Assembly: GCA_009914755.4 (NCBI GenBank)
Contig: CP086569.2
Span: 6,816,001 to 6,880,000, forward strand
Direction: 5' to 3'
Origin: the human T2T-CHM13v2.0 reference genome, Homo sapiens
DNA: 64,000 nucleotides
Positions 12,301-23,230 of the stretch are shown here, piece after piece. The notes under the pieces are model-generated. The model saw only the letters and a list, made by a program, of their open reading frames with translations, was not told where the DNA came from and did not search any database. A program made the position numbers and the translations under genes. Within the stretch, counting starts at the first letter, position 1. Each line of letters begins with the position of its first letter.

Positions 12301-13570
12301 CCCATCTGTGTAATTACACCCTACAACTTCAAGCTCCAATTGATCATAGTAACTTCCGAGTCACACAAACAGCTCCATTCAGATGGCTTGCCCATTTCTA
12401 AGAGCCTCCAAAAATCATCACCTCCTCCATGCTTAACAAACAGTCCAGGTTTTATAATGGTAAACAAACTCCCTGCATGACGTTTCACCCCTGGACCCCC
12501 TGCAGCAGTACCCGCACCAGTAGTGAATACCTTCTCATCCCCTCTTTCAATTACTCCTTTAAATGGTTCCTAGTAGATACAAAATAGTTTTTTCTCCAAT
12601 GGGAAAATAGAACTCAGTTTTCTCCCAACACCCCTTTCCAGACAATAATTGGAGCTACCTTGGCAAGTACTCTCCTTTTTAACATACACAACCAGTTCTG
12701 TCTACCCAGCCAAGGCATATTCTTCTTATGTGGAACTTCAACCTGTATCTGCCTCCCCACCAAATGGACAGGCACCTGCACCTTAGTCTTCCTAAGTCCC
12801 AGCATTGACTTTGCCCCAGGAAATCAGACCCTATCAGTGTCCCTCAAAGCTCATGTCCATCAGCACAGGGCCATACAACTAATTCCCCCACTTATAGGGT
12901 TAGGAATGGCCACTGCTACAGGAACTGGAATAGCCGGTTTATCTACTTCATTATTCTACTACCACACACTCTCAAAGGATTTCTCAGACAGTTTGTAAGA
13001 AATAACAAAATATGTTTATTCTACAATCCCAAATAGACTTTTTGGCAGCAGTGACTCTCCAAAACCGCTGAGGCCTAGACCTCCTCACTGCTGACAAAGG
13101 AGGACTTTGCACCTTCTTAGGGGAAAAGTGTTGTTTTTACACTAACCAGTCAGGGATAATATGAAATGCCACCCAGCATTTACAGGAAAAGGCTTCTGAT
13201 ATCAGACAACACCTTTCAAACTCTTATACCAAACTCTGGAGTTGGGTGACAGGGCTTCTCTCCTTTCTAGGTCCCATGACAACCATCATGCTATTACTCA
13301 CCTGTGAGCCCTGTATTTTTAACCTCCTTGTCAATTTTGTTTCCTCCAGGATTGAGGCCATCAAGCTACAGATGGCCTTACAAATGGAACCCCAAATAAG
13401 CTCAACTCACAACTTCTACTGAGGACTTTGGATGGATCCACTGGCCCTTTGACTGTCTTAGAGAGTTCCCCTCTGGAGGACACTGCAACTTTAGGGCCAT
13501 TTCTCCACCCCTATCCAGCAGGAAGTAGCTACAGCTGTCATTGCCCTATTCCCAACAGCAGTTGGAGTGT
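12300..13570 (+). pseudogene. ERV-1 envelope remnant (SU + TM)
   Basis: Fusion-peptide-like 'LIPPLIGLGMATATGTGIAGLSTS'. Immunosuppressive domain and CX6CC motif in frame at ~13030-13160 ('[27 protein letters not shown]'). Confidence 0.75.
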
Positions 13571-13595
13571 CCTGTTTAGAGGGGGGATTGAAAGG

Positions 13596-14100
13596 TGAAG
13601 CCAGCTGGACTTCCTGGGTCAAGTGGGGGACTCGGAGAACTTTTCTGTCTTACAAGAGGATTGTAAAATGCATCAGTCAGTGCTCTGTAGCTAGCAAGGG
13701 GATTGTAAAATGCACAAATCAGCACTCTGTAGCTAGCAAGGAGATTGTAAAATGCATCAATAGCACTCTGTAAAATGCATCAATCAGTGGGGGTCTAAAA
13801 GTAGCTAATTGCAGGGAGGACTGAAAAAAGGGCACTCTGATAGGACAGAAATGGTACATGGGAGGGGACAAATAAGGGAATAAAAGCTGGTCACCCCAGC
13901 CAGCTGTGTCAACCTGCTTGGGTCCTCTTCCATGCTGTGGAAGCTTTGTTGTTTTGCTCTTCATGATAAACCTTGCTACTGCTCACCCTTTGTATCCTGT
14001 GCCATCTTTAAGGTAGCAACACTCACTGCGAAGGTCCTTGGCTTCATTCTTGAAGTCAGCGAGACTACGAACCCACCAGAAGGAACCAACTCCAGACACA
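13596..14100 (+). repeat. ERV-1 3' LTR (505 bp), preceded by a polypurine tract
   Basis: Collinear with the 5' LTR, but with only ~6 CCAAT-repeat units. 'aaataagggaataaaagctgg', 'atgataaacc'. It ends 'ccagacaca'. Confidence 0.85.
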
Positions 14101-14303
14101 GTGGGATGTGTGGTTTTGGCAGAAGGAATGGTGCAGAATGAGTAACCAAGGGAATAGATGTGAGTCATTGATTAGCGCTGATGGGAAGGTTGTTTACAGT
14201 AACTGGGGGCAAGGAGACACAGAGAAAAAGAAAGGTTTGGGAACAAAGAACAAGAAAGTTAACAGGCTAAAACGTTTGAAGAGAAATTTTATTGTATCTT
14301 ACA
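14101..14303 (-). mobile_element. Proximal segment of the ERV-2 3' LTR, continuing 5804-6097 across the ERV-1 insertion
   Basis: 14101-14290 aligns with 20290-20476 ('gagtaaccaagggaa(t/c)aga(t/a)gtgagt...attagtgctgatgg(g/a)aag(g/a)ttgtttacagtaact...gttaacaggctaaaac(g)tttgaagag(a/g)aatttt'). A polypurine tract ('aaagggggaa' on the minus strand) lies just internal at ~14305-14330. Confidence 0.7.
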
Positions 14304-17300
14304 ATTCCCCCTTTGTAATTTTTACAGTCCTTCCTCTTCAAACCTTTTTAACATGTCCTGACTTTGCTGTTTAACTTGATCCTTTAAAAGGAAAAGCTTT
14401 TCTGAATAAGGTGGAGGAGAACCAAGGGAGGTTTTAGTAAGTGCTATTTCTATAAGCCTTTGTGCTAGCCCACGGATGCATGGTATGACACAACATCCAA
14501 CAAGAATGAGTACACTTATGACTGCAAAAGAAGTAAGAACTGAGTCTCTGATTACTTTCCATTTAGCAAAGCGTCTTTCTAGACATCCTGAAAAATGGTT
14601 ATCAATTTCCAGGATTTCTAGCTAGTTCATTGGATAAAGTGGTAAGTCCTTGTAAGTCCCTTGTTATGCTTCCATCGGTGGCAATATTGTTTGGGATGAA
14701 GGTACAACATTGGGTTTTAATCATAATGCAAACTCCACTTTTTCAGCTAACATCATGTGTAGGGCCATTCTGTTTTCCCAAGCCATTTGGCTAGATGGCC
14801 CTAATTGCTCAACTATTCCTTTAATGGCATCCCTAGTATAATTGACAAATCATTGTTGGTTATAGTAGTTATAATTTATCTAATCTACATTTTTATTAAC
14901 AGTTACCCACCAGAACAAGGATTCAAGCTCTGCAGCTATTTGGTTTTAAGCTTTAAATTTATCTGGTACCCCTCATGTGTCCCCAGTAGCATTTATTTAA
15001 TGTGAGGGTCAAAAGATTCATGTGGAACACTTCTTTTTGTCTGATTCTCTTTTTTATTATGCTGATGGAATGCCAGGGTGAAAGATATGACCAATTGGAC
15101 CAGAGCACAAGTGATGCTCCAGTTATTTGGCAGAGTATTACTATTTAGGTAATAGCAGTCCACCACAATATCACTATATATCTGCTTGGGAATAGACAAG
15201 GGCAGTTTGACTGGTAAGTTCTTGGAAAGACTTGGTTTCACTATACTTTGTCAGGACTCCAAGGGACATTAATCTTTCCCCTACCGTGAGAGACATGAGG
15301 CTGGATGGCTCTCTGGGGCTGACCCACAGAGTCCTTACCTTGAGGGAATAGCAGAGAGAATCTTGCATGCCTCATTATACCAGGCTGTGGGATTTTGAAA
15401 GACACTCACCATGCAGCTCATGCCCAGTTGTTTAGAAGACCATCCAAGTGGGAAGAGGACTATCTGGGCCTCTGTCCTGCCTGCCACACAAGTGTAATAT
15501 TCACTTTTGTTAAACGTGTGAAAAGATATTTAATCCATTCCAGCCAGGCATTTACATATTGGAATCCTGTTTTAACTGCTAAAGTTTGTTTTAAATATTT
15601 AACTTCTACAATGTCTAGTTTGATGTTGCCATTGGGTAGGGAAGGGTTAAGAGGTCTAGAAGGATACATAGATTCTTGCTGGGGAGGTCCAACCCTGATT
15701 TTTGGTAATCCATAGAACATTAGACCAGCTATGGCAGAGAAGTTTTGTTCTTGGAGGATAAGATTTCCAGCTAACAGAAACTTTTCCAGAACCTTTCCAG
15801 TCTAAAGGAGTCCAGCTAACAGAATCTACCCAGTCTGAGGAGCTTTACAGAGGGCAGAGATACTTCTCTGAATTAAAGAGCTGCATTTGACTTTGCATGA
15901 CTCCACAAGGTGTAATAGGAGAAGCATCAAAACTAATGGTTTGAAATGGGCTTGATCTAATTACATTAATCATAAGATGGGGGGTCATCTAAGGGAAAGA
16001 GAAGGAGAGAGAGACAGACAGATTAGGCTTTTCTCTTTAACGTTACTCTGGTGGAGGCTGGTCCTGAGATGACGGTCCATTTTTTTTTTCTTGCTGTGGA
16101 AGTTACTCCTTTTACCCATGTGTGATTTGTCCATCCCCTTTTGGTTGTGCAGACAGTGGTCTCTGTAGTCAACAGAACAATTTAGGGTGTGGAGAAAAGC
16201 AAGAGAGATCAGATTGTTACTGTGTCTGTGTAGAAAGAAGTAGACATAGGAGACTCCATGTTGTTCTGTACTAAGAAAAATTCTTCTGCCTTGAGATGCT
16301 GTGATAGATTAACAAATCTATAACTTTACCCTCAACCCCATGCTCTCTGAAACATGTGCTGTGTCAACTCAGGGTTGAATGGATTAAGGGTGGTGCAAGA
16401 TGTGCTTTGTTAAACAGATGCTTGAAGGCAGCATGCTCATGAAGAGTCATCACCACTCCCTAATCTCAAGTACCCAGGGACACAAACACTGTGGAAGGCC
16501 ACAGGGACCTCTGCCTAGGAAAGCCAGGTATTGTCCAAGGTTTCTCCCCATGTGATAGTCTGAAATATGGCCTCATGGGAAGGGAAAGACCTTACCTTCC
16601 CCCAGCCCGACACCCGTAAAGGGTCTGTGCTGAGGAGGATTAGTATAAGAGGAAGGAATGCCTCTTTGCAGTTGAGACAAGATGAAGGCATCTGTCTCCT
16701 GCCCATCCCTGGGCAATGGAATGTCTCAGCATAACACCCGATTGTATGTTCCATCTACTGAGATAGGGAGGTGGGACATGCAGGCAACAATACTGCTCTG
16801 TAAGGCATTGAGATGTTTATATGTATGCATATCTAAAGCACAGCACTTAATTCTTTACCTTGTCTGTGATGCAGAGACCTTTGTTCCCGTGTTTATCTGC
16901 TGACCTTCTCTCCACTATTATCCTGTGACCCTGCCACATCCCCCTCTCTGAGAAACACCCAAGAATGATCAATAAATACTAAAGGAACTCAGAGGCCAGC
17001 AGGATCCTCCATATGCTGAAAGCTGGTCCCCTGGGCCCCCTTATTTCTTTCTCTATACTTTGTCTCTGTGTCTTTTTCTTTTCCAAGTCTCTCGTTCCAC
17101 CTAACAAGAAACACCCACAGGTGTGGAGGGGCAACCCACCCCTTCAGAAGCATCCTTTTTAAGTGGGTTCAAGCTTCTCCTCCTTCCACCTCTTCTGCAG
17201 ATGAACCAGGTACTTAAGAGTTGGACTTTGCGATAGGAGGCCTTGAGTCCTGAGAGAGGAAATGGTGGAAGACAGACCAAATATATAGTTTTTAAGAAAG

Positions 17301-17628
17301 TGATATTTTGTCTTAAATGTAGGAAGGTCAGTAGCAAAATTTAGGTAAGGCACCCTGTAGAGGATTTTTGGGTTATCCTTTTAATAATGAGTGTGGTAGA
17401 CTGGGTCCTATTGTCTGAATCAATATTTTCTATTAGTCCAAACCTGGGTATGATATGTTCTAACAGAGCTTTGACAACATTACTGGCTGTCGCACTTGAG
17501 AAGAGGATGGCATTTACCCAGTGGATAAGATGGTATTTGAGGGAACCTACTGGGGCATTTCAACATAGTCCACTTGGACAATTTTGAATGGCCTTAGCCC
17601 TGGTTTCTTCCTCTGAAAGGTTGCTTCT

Positions 17629-17811
17629 TTAAGGTTTGCTTATTTTTTTTCTTTTGCACACTATGCATCTATCTGTAACTTGCTTAGTGATGGTATAGAT
17701 CCCCGTACACCTATAAACTCTAAGGACAGCGTCACTCATAGCTTGGGGATCCCAGTGGATTCCTTGATGGAGTTGCGACAGTACTACCCTCATGAGGGTT
17801 TTAGAAAACAT
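17629..17811 (-). pseudogene. ERV-2 integrase HHCC zinc-finger remnant
   Basis: 'LHQGIHW...(30 aa)...CIVCKRKK' shows H-x3-H...C-x2-C spacing. Confidence 0.5.
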
Positions 17812-18283
17812 TTTCCTTCCATCTAGTAATACCCACTTTCCCCTCTGGGCTTCACTCAGCTCCTAAACTTTTTCTTTAGTTTTTCTTGGTCTGCTTGGGG
17901 AAAGATGGGGATTGCAGCTGGAGGGGGAAGACAGGGTGTTAGGTGGAAAATGGGTACCACCTGGGAAGAGACAGCTTGCTTCAATATTATTTCCCCAGGT
18001 TTCAAAAGTTGGGTTCCTTTGGTGTCCTGGGACATAAACAACAGCCCCATTCAGTCCAGATTTTTCCAATGGTGTGGACTATTCCAAAGGCATATTTGGA
18101 GTCAGTATAGATAGTTCCTTTCAGTACAGATAGTTCCTTCTTGGTTTTGTAGACATTTTAAAGCATGAATGAGTGCAAATAGCTCCCATGTTTGCATCTT
18201 TTAAATCTATTACTGTGAATCATTGGTGGTTGGTTGGGATTCTATCACAGTAGTGTGAGATTAGGAACAACAGGGTGACTGGT

Positions 18284-18523
18284 TTAAACTATTTGATAAA
18301 TAGCCCAGAGGTCTTGCACTAACTGGTATGACCTCTTTGCCTTCTTTACAGGCAGTATTGGAGTATTATAAGGGGACACACAGGGTTCAAGGAGTCCATC
18401 ATGGAGAAGGCTTTCAATTATAGGTTTTAAACCCATTTTAGCTTTTAAAGGAATAGGGTATTGTTTTCTTTTTACTATTTCCCCAGGAATTTTTAATTTG
18501 TCATGGATTGGACGAACCCACAA
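18284..18523 (-). pseudogene. ERV-2 reverse transcriptase N-terminal remnant
   Basis: 'LEPCVSPYNTPILPVKKAKRSYQLVQDL' matches the gammaretroviral RT N-terminus (PCQSPWNTPLLPVKK...YRPVQDLR). Confidence 0.75.
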
Positions 18524-18547
18524 CTTTCCTTGATTATCTTCTCTTGA

Positions 18548-18847
18548 TCAGATAGTAGGATGGATATACTCTTCATCTATAGTAATGAATAAGTTTAGGG
18601 AGGTTAGAAATTTTCCATGGTTAACACTGAGGCCTAAACCTAATTCTAGCATTAAATTTCTCCCTAATATGTTTGTTCCTGCCTCTGGAATTAACAGAAA
18701 CTTAATATTAGCTGATTTGTTTTCATATATAACTTTTGTTTCTTTTAAGATCTTTGCTTTAAATCCTTTTCTTTTTACTCCTGAGATATGAAGTTCTTCT
18801 AGTGAACAAATTACACAAGATGAGGAATAATAAACAGAGTGAGCCAC
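18548..18847 (-). pseudogene. ERV-2 protease-region remnant
   Basis: The minus-strand ORF lies between the NC and RT remnants. The positional assignment is stronger than the motif evidence. Confidence 0.45.
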
Positions 18848-19016
18848 CCCTGAGTCAATTAAAAAAAGTAATAAGCTCAGAGTTGCATCCCACCTTTAAA
18901 TTTATCAAGGGCTTTTGGTGGGACTTGTCCTAGAAAAGACAGAGCCCCTGACCTCCCTATTCTTCCTCAAAAGCCCTAACTGGGATGACTTCCTTTTCTT
19001 TTTCCAACTTAAGGCA

Positions 19017-19060
19017 TTCTCTTTTAAAGTGACCTATTTTTCCACATTTGAAACACTTGA
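19017..19060 (-). pseudogene. ERV-2 gag nucleocapsid zinc knuckle (CX2CX4HX4C)
   Basis: The reverse complement encodes 'CFKCGKIGHFKRECLK'. Confidence 0.7.
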
Positions 19061-19995
19061 TTTGCCTTTTTCCTGTTTTTATTTCCTGGCCTTCTGGCTT
19101 GATTCTTTTGGCTCCTGTGTAGGGACTGACAGCCAGGTACTTGGAAGGCTTACAGGTTTTATTTCCCTGGGCACCCTTTTGAAGAATCCACCCTGTTGTA
19201 GGGTGGACAGCATAATTTTTGCCTTTTGCTCCTGCCTTTCCTCATGCCTCTATACATATACCTTTTGGGCCTTTCTTTAAAATTCCTCTATCAGACAGTC
19301 TTTCCAATTCTCTATTTTCTGTAATTTTCTTTTAATATCTGGCCAACTATTGGTGACAACGTGGAGTTTTAACATCCCTTGTTCCAGGGATGTTTCTAAT
19401 TTTAGGCCAGCATACTTTATCATATGCTTCTTAAGCCTCTCTAAGAAATCCATTGGTCAATCATCCTTTCCCTGCTGTATATTAAAGCCTTTGGTAATAT
19501 CCTGGGTGTGGGGTACTGATTCTGTAATTCCTTTAATAATCATTTCCCTTAGGTCTGTCATATTTCCTCAGTGGGCTATCAGAGAGAATTTTATTGTCTG
19601 TCTTGCCCTTTTTATTTTCTGCCTTGCTTGGGGTATTTCCCACCCTGGAAGTTTTAGGTGTTTCCCTAAGTTTTCTGAGTCTGTGGGGCTCAACCTCTCC
19701 TACTAGAGATTTCTTGCCTTACCTCCAGGATATCCCTACCACCAAGGAACACTTCACTACCCCCACAGCTTTTCTTACCTTGGTCTGTGCACAGTTACCT
19801 GATCACTGTGGTATCTATTTGTAGGACTTTTCTGCTCACATTGCTGAGAGTCCAGGTTCATTCATCAAGCTAGGTGGGTCTCAATCCCTTACTCCTGAGG
19901 TTACTGCAACAAGGGAATGGGACACTTCTCCTCATGAGAGATGATCAGAGACCCTTCCCTGCAGGAGTATGGGATCCTGGATGAGCCCGCAATTT

Positions 19996-20476
19996 GTTAG
20001 AAATAACAGCTCAGTGTCACAAAGAAAACAAGCACTCAGACAAAAGACTTCTCAGCAAGGCAAATTTACTTCTGCAGAAGGGTGCTGCCTGTGTCAGTCA
20101 TGATGGCAAGAGCACACTGAAAACAGGAGGGAAAGGATTTTTATCTTTAATGCATAGTCTCTACTTCTGTGTCACTACCCCATGGCCTGGGGTCAGACCT
20201 CACAATCTAAGCTGACTCAATTGGCTACTTGTGAATATTTTCTCAAATAAGGAAGGAGGGAGGGGAATGTGAGTTACAATTGTGGGATGCATGGTTTCAG
20301 TGGGAGGAATTGGGTGCAGAGTAAGTAACCAAGGGAACAGAAGTGAGTTATTTATTAGTGCTGATGGAAAGATTGTTTACAGTAACTAAGGGCAAGAAGG
20401 CATGAAGAGAAAGAAAGTTAAGTTTGAGAACAAAGAACAAGGAAGTTAACAGGCTAAACTTTTGAAGAGGAATTTT
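19996..20476 (-). repeat. ERV-2 5' LTR (intact copy, ~480 bp). It is the reference for the split 3' LTR.
   Basis: Collinear with 5804-6097 + 14101-14290. It lies adjacent to gag-side sequence. Its outer edge is abutted or truncated by an Alu. Confidence 0.75.
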
Positions 20477-20640
20477 CGAAGTGGAGTGCAGTAGCATAAA
20501 CACAGCTCACTCCAGTCTTAACCTCCCAAGCTCAAGTGATCCTCCTGCCTTGGCCCCCCATGTATCTGGAGCTACAGGTGCACACCACCTTGCCCAGCTA
20601 ATTTTTATACTTTTTGTAGAGAAGAGGATTTGCTGGTGAG
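20477..20640 (-). mobile_element. Alu fragment (right-arm portion, minus orientation)
   Basis: 'gagtgcagtagcataaacacagctcactccagtcttaacctcccaagctcaagtgatcctcctgccttggcc...cagctaatttttatactttttgtagag'. Confidence 0.8.
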
Positions 20641-21057
20641 TGGATTGATACAAAGTTGTTTGTCAGAAATTCTGCTTACAGAAATAATATTGATTTGTGA
20701 TTGGCTGTCTCTCATTAGCCATAGGGTGTGTTGTGGTGTCCAGTGTGACATTATTAGGTTAACCTATAGCTACATGTGATGATAGTGAGGAGTTTCAATA
20801 GATGTATACATAGCACAAAGCAGGAACTAGGATATGAATGCTGTCTTCTTTATTAAGGACCTTTATGGGCCCAGTAATTTGAAAGGGCTCAAATTCCTCA
20901 AATAAAAGTATTTCTCTTTCCTGAAAATAACTGAAGTAGTCAAAATCATAGAAATAGAAAATTAGGTGATGTTGCCAGGGCTTAGGGGAGTAAGAAATGA
21001 AAAGATGAGGACACTATGCAACTGTTATGTGTATTTTAACACAACAAAAAAATAGAT

Positions 21058-21355
21058 GGCTGGGTGCAGTGGCTCATGCCTGTAATCCCAGCACTTTGGG
21101 AGGTTAGGCAGATGGAGTGCTTGAGCCCAGGATTTGAAGACTAGCCTGGGAAACATTGCAAAATCCCTTCTCTACCAAAAATACAAAAAAATATGCCAGG
21201 TATAGGGGCATGTGCCTGTAGTGCTAGCCATTTAGGAGACTGAGGTGGGAGGATTGCTTCAGTCTGAGAGGTAAAGATTACAGTGAATACAGGTGGCACC
21301 ACTGCACTCTAGCCTGGGTGACGGGCACTGTCTCAAAAAAAAAACAAAAGAAAAA
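21058..21355 (+). mobile_element. Alu element
   Basis: 'ggctgggtgcagtggctcatgcctgtaatcccagcactttgggagg...cactgcactctagcctgggtgac' plus an A-rich tail. Confidence 0.9.
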
Positions 21356-21519
21356 AAGGTGAAAATGTGCCTTCCCCTTGTATAGTATGCAAATTACCTC
21401 TAAATAAAGCTGTTATCAAAAAAAGTTATTGACTAAATGGGATGCTTTTTGTTTTTAATGTATGAGCAAGAATATCCTAGCTGTGAATCTCCTCTAAAAA
21501 ACAAAAAAAACAAAAACTG

Positions 21520-21640
21520 AGCCAAGCACAGTGGGTCATGCCAGTAATCCCAGTACTTTGAGAGACTGAGGTAGGAAGATCCCTTGGGCTGAGGAGTTCA
21601 ATCTCAGCCAAGCAACATAGCAAGACCTCATCTCTGAATA
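21520..21640 (+). mobile_element. Free Alu monomer (FLAM-like)
   Basis: 'gccaagcacagtgggtcatgccagtaatcccagtactttgagagactgaggtaggaagatcccttgggctgaggagttcaatctcagccaagcaacatagcaagacctcatctc'. There is no right arm. Confidence 0.7.
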
Positions 21641-21641
21641 A

Positions 21642-21713
<72 letters not shown>

Positions 21714-21716
21714 AAA
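21641..21716. repeat. (AAAG)n tetranucleotide microsatellite, ~19 perfect units
   Basis: Read directly: 'aaagaaagaaag...'. It forms the tail of the preceding Alu monomer. Confidence 0.95.
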
Positions 21717-21783
21717 AGCCAAGACAAATACGCTTATTACTCCCATCTCCTCCTTCATCTCCAGGAAATGAGACTGCCATACT

Positions 21784-22143
21784 GATATGGTTTGACTATG
21801 TTCCCACCCAAATCTCATCTTGAATTCTAGCTCCCATAATCCCCACATGTCATGGGAGGGACCTAGTGGAAGGTAATTGAATCATGGTGTTGGGTTTTTC
21901 CCATGCTGTTCTTATGATAGTGAATAAGTCTGATGAGTTCTGATGGTTTTATAAAGGCCAGTTCCCCTGCACACACTCTCTTGCCTGCCAGCATGTAAGA
22001 CGTGCCTTTGCTGCTCCTTCACCTTCCACCATAATTGTGAGGCCTACCCAGCCACACAGAACAGTGAGCCCATTAGTCCTCTTTTTCTTTATAAATTAAC
22101 CAGTCTTTTTTCATAGCACTATGAAAATGGACTAACATACACA
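21784..22143 (+). repeat. MaLR LTR (THE1/MST-like), plus orientation
   Basis: 'tgatatggtttgactatgttcccacccaaatctcatcttgaattctagctcccataatccccacatgtcatgggagggacc...ctttataaattaaccagtc...ggactaacataca' matches my recollection of the THE1B consensus. Confidence 0.8.
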
Positions 22144-22229
22144 CCCAAAGGTATTAAGTAATAAATTATAATGGATCTTTCTGGTCCTCTTTGCATAGAA
22201 AGATCCAGGAATGACCTCCCATTATGAAA

Positions 22230-23230
22230 ATACTGTCAGAGGCATTTGAACCAGAGTGACTCCATCTTGAATAGGGACTGGGTAAAATGAGGCTGAGCCA
22301 TGCTAGGCTGCATTCCCTGGAGGTTAGGCATTCTAAGTTATAGGGTGAGAAGAGAGATCAACACAGGATACAGGTCACAAGGACCCAGATGATAAAACAG
22401 GATGCAGTAAGAAGCTGTCCAAAACCTAGAAAAACCAAGATGGTGATGAAAGTGACCTCTGGTCGTCCTCACCACTCGTTATATGTTAATTCTAATGCAT
22501 TCACATGCTATAAGGCACTCACACCAGTGCTATGACAGTTTACAAATGTCATGGCAATGTCAGGAAGTTTCCCTATATGGTCTAAAAATAGGAGGAGCCC
22601 TCAGTTCTGTGAGTTGTCTACCCCTTTCCCAAAAAACTCATGAATAATCCACCTCTTGTTTGTCATATAATCAATGTATTAGACTATTTTTACACTGCTA
22701 TGAACAACTTCCCACAACTAGGCAATTTATGAAGGAAATAGGTTTAATTGACTCACAGTTCTTCATGGCTGGGGAGGCCTCAGGAAACTTATAATTATAG
22801 CTTAAGAAGAGGCAGCTCTGTCTTACATGGTGGCAGGCAAGACAGTAGGTGCAAGAAAAAACAGGGAAAACTACATTATGAAAGCATTAAATCTCTTGAG
22901 AACTCACTATCATGATAACAGCATGGGGCAGAGTGCCCCTATGATCCAATCACCTCCTGCCGGGTCCTTCCCTCAACACATAGAGATTATGGGGATTACA
23001 ATTGGAGATGAGATTTGGGTGGGGATACACAGCCAAACCATATCAATCCAGAATGTAAGTATAATCAGCTGAGCATCCTGCCCTGCTGCTGTGCCTATAG
23101 AGTAGCCATTGTTTTATTCCTTTACTTCTTTAATAAACTTGCTCTGACTTTATGAATTTGCTCTGAATTCCTTCTTCCATGAGTTCCAAGAACCGTCTCT
23201 TAGGGTGTGGATAAGGACCCCTTTCTGGTA
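22230..23230 (+). repeat. LTR 'family B' element (longer copy of 3800-4215). It extends through a U5-like end ('...gaaccgtctcttagggtgtggataaggacccctttctggtaaca') and carries a nested MaLR LTR.
   Basis: 22230-22600 aligns to 3800-4215. Downstream lie 'ataggaggagccctcagttctg...actcatgaataatccacctcttgttt' and, after the nested insert, 'atagagtagccattgttttattcctttacttctttaataaacttgctctgac'. The family is possibly LTR12-group or another class I LTR, but I am not sure. Confidence 0.55.
22687..23055 (-). repeat. MaLR LTR (THE1/MST-like) in minus orientation, nested inside the family-B LTR
   Basis: It is the reverse complement of the THE1-type sequence ('tattagactatttttacactgctatgaa...ggtttaattgactcacagttcttcatggctggggaggcctcaggaaactt...gatgagatttgggtggggatacacagccaaaccatatca'). 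Confidence 0.75.

Larger units (their letters stand above)
6098..14100 (+). mobile_element. ERV-1: complete class I (gammaretrovirus-like) endogenous retrovirus provirus, LTR-gag-pro-pol-env-LTR. All genes are disrupted. The LTR type with tandem CCAAT-box repeats is suggestive of ERV9/LTR12, but that name is tentative.
   Basis: Two direct LTRs (6098-6674 and 13596-14100), each beginning tgaagccagctgg and ending gacaca. A polypurine tract 'agaggggggattgaaagg' lies immediately 5' of the 3' LTR. The internal domains occur in the canonical order. Confidence 0.85.
14304..19995 (-). mobile_element. ERV-2 internal region: older, internally deleted class I provirus on the minus strand (gag-pro-pol-env remnants)
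   Basis: Minus-strand features in canonical order from high to low coordinate: NC zinc knuckle (~19017-19060), protease ORF 18548-18847, RT N-terminus ORF 18284-18523, IN zinc finger ORF 17629-17811, and env TM anchor/cytoplasmic tail near 14310-14560. Confidence 0.75.
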
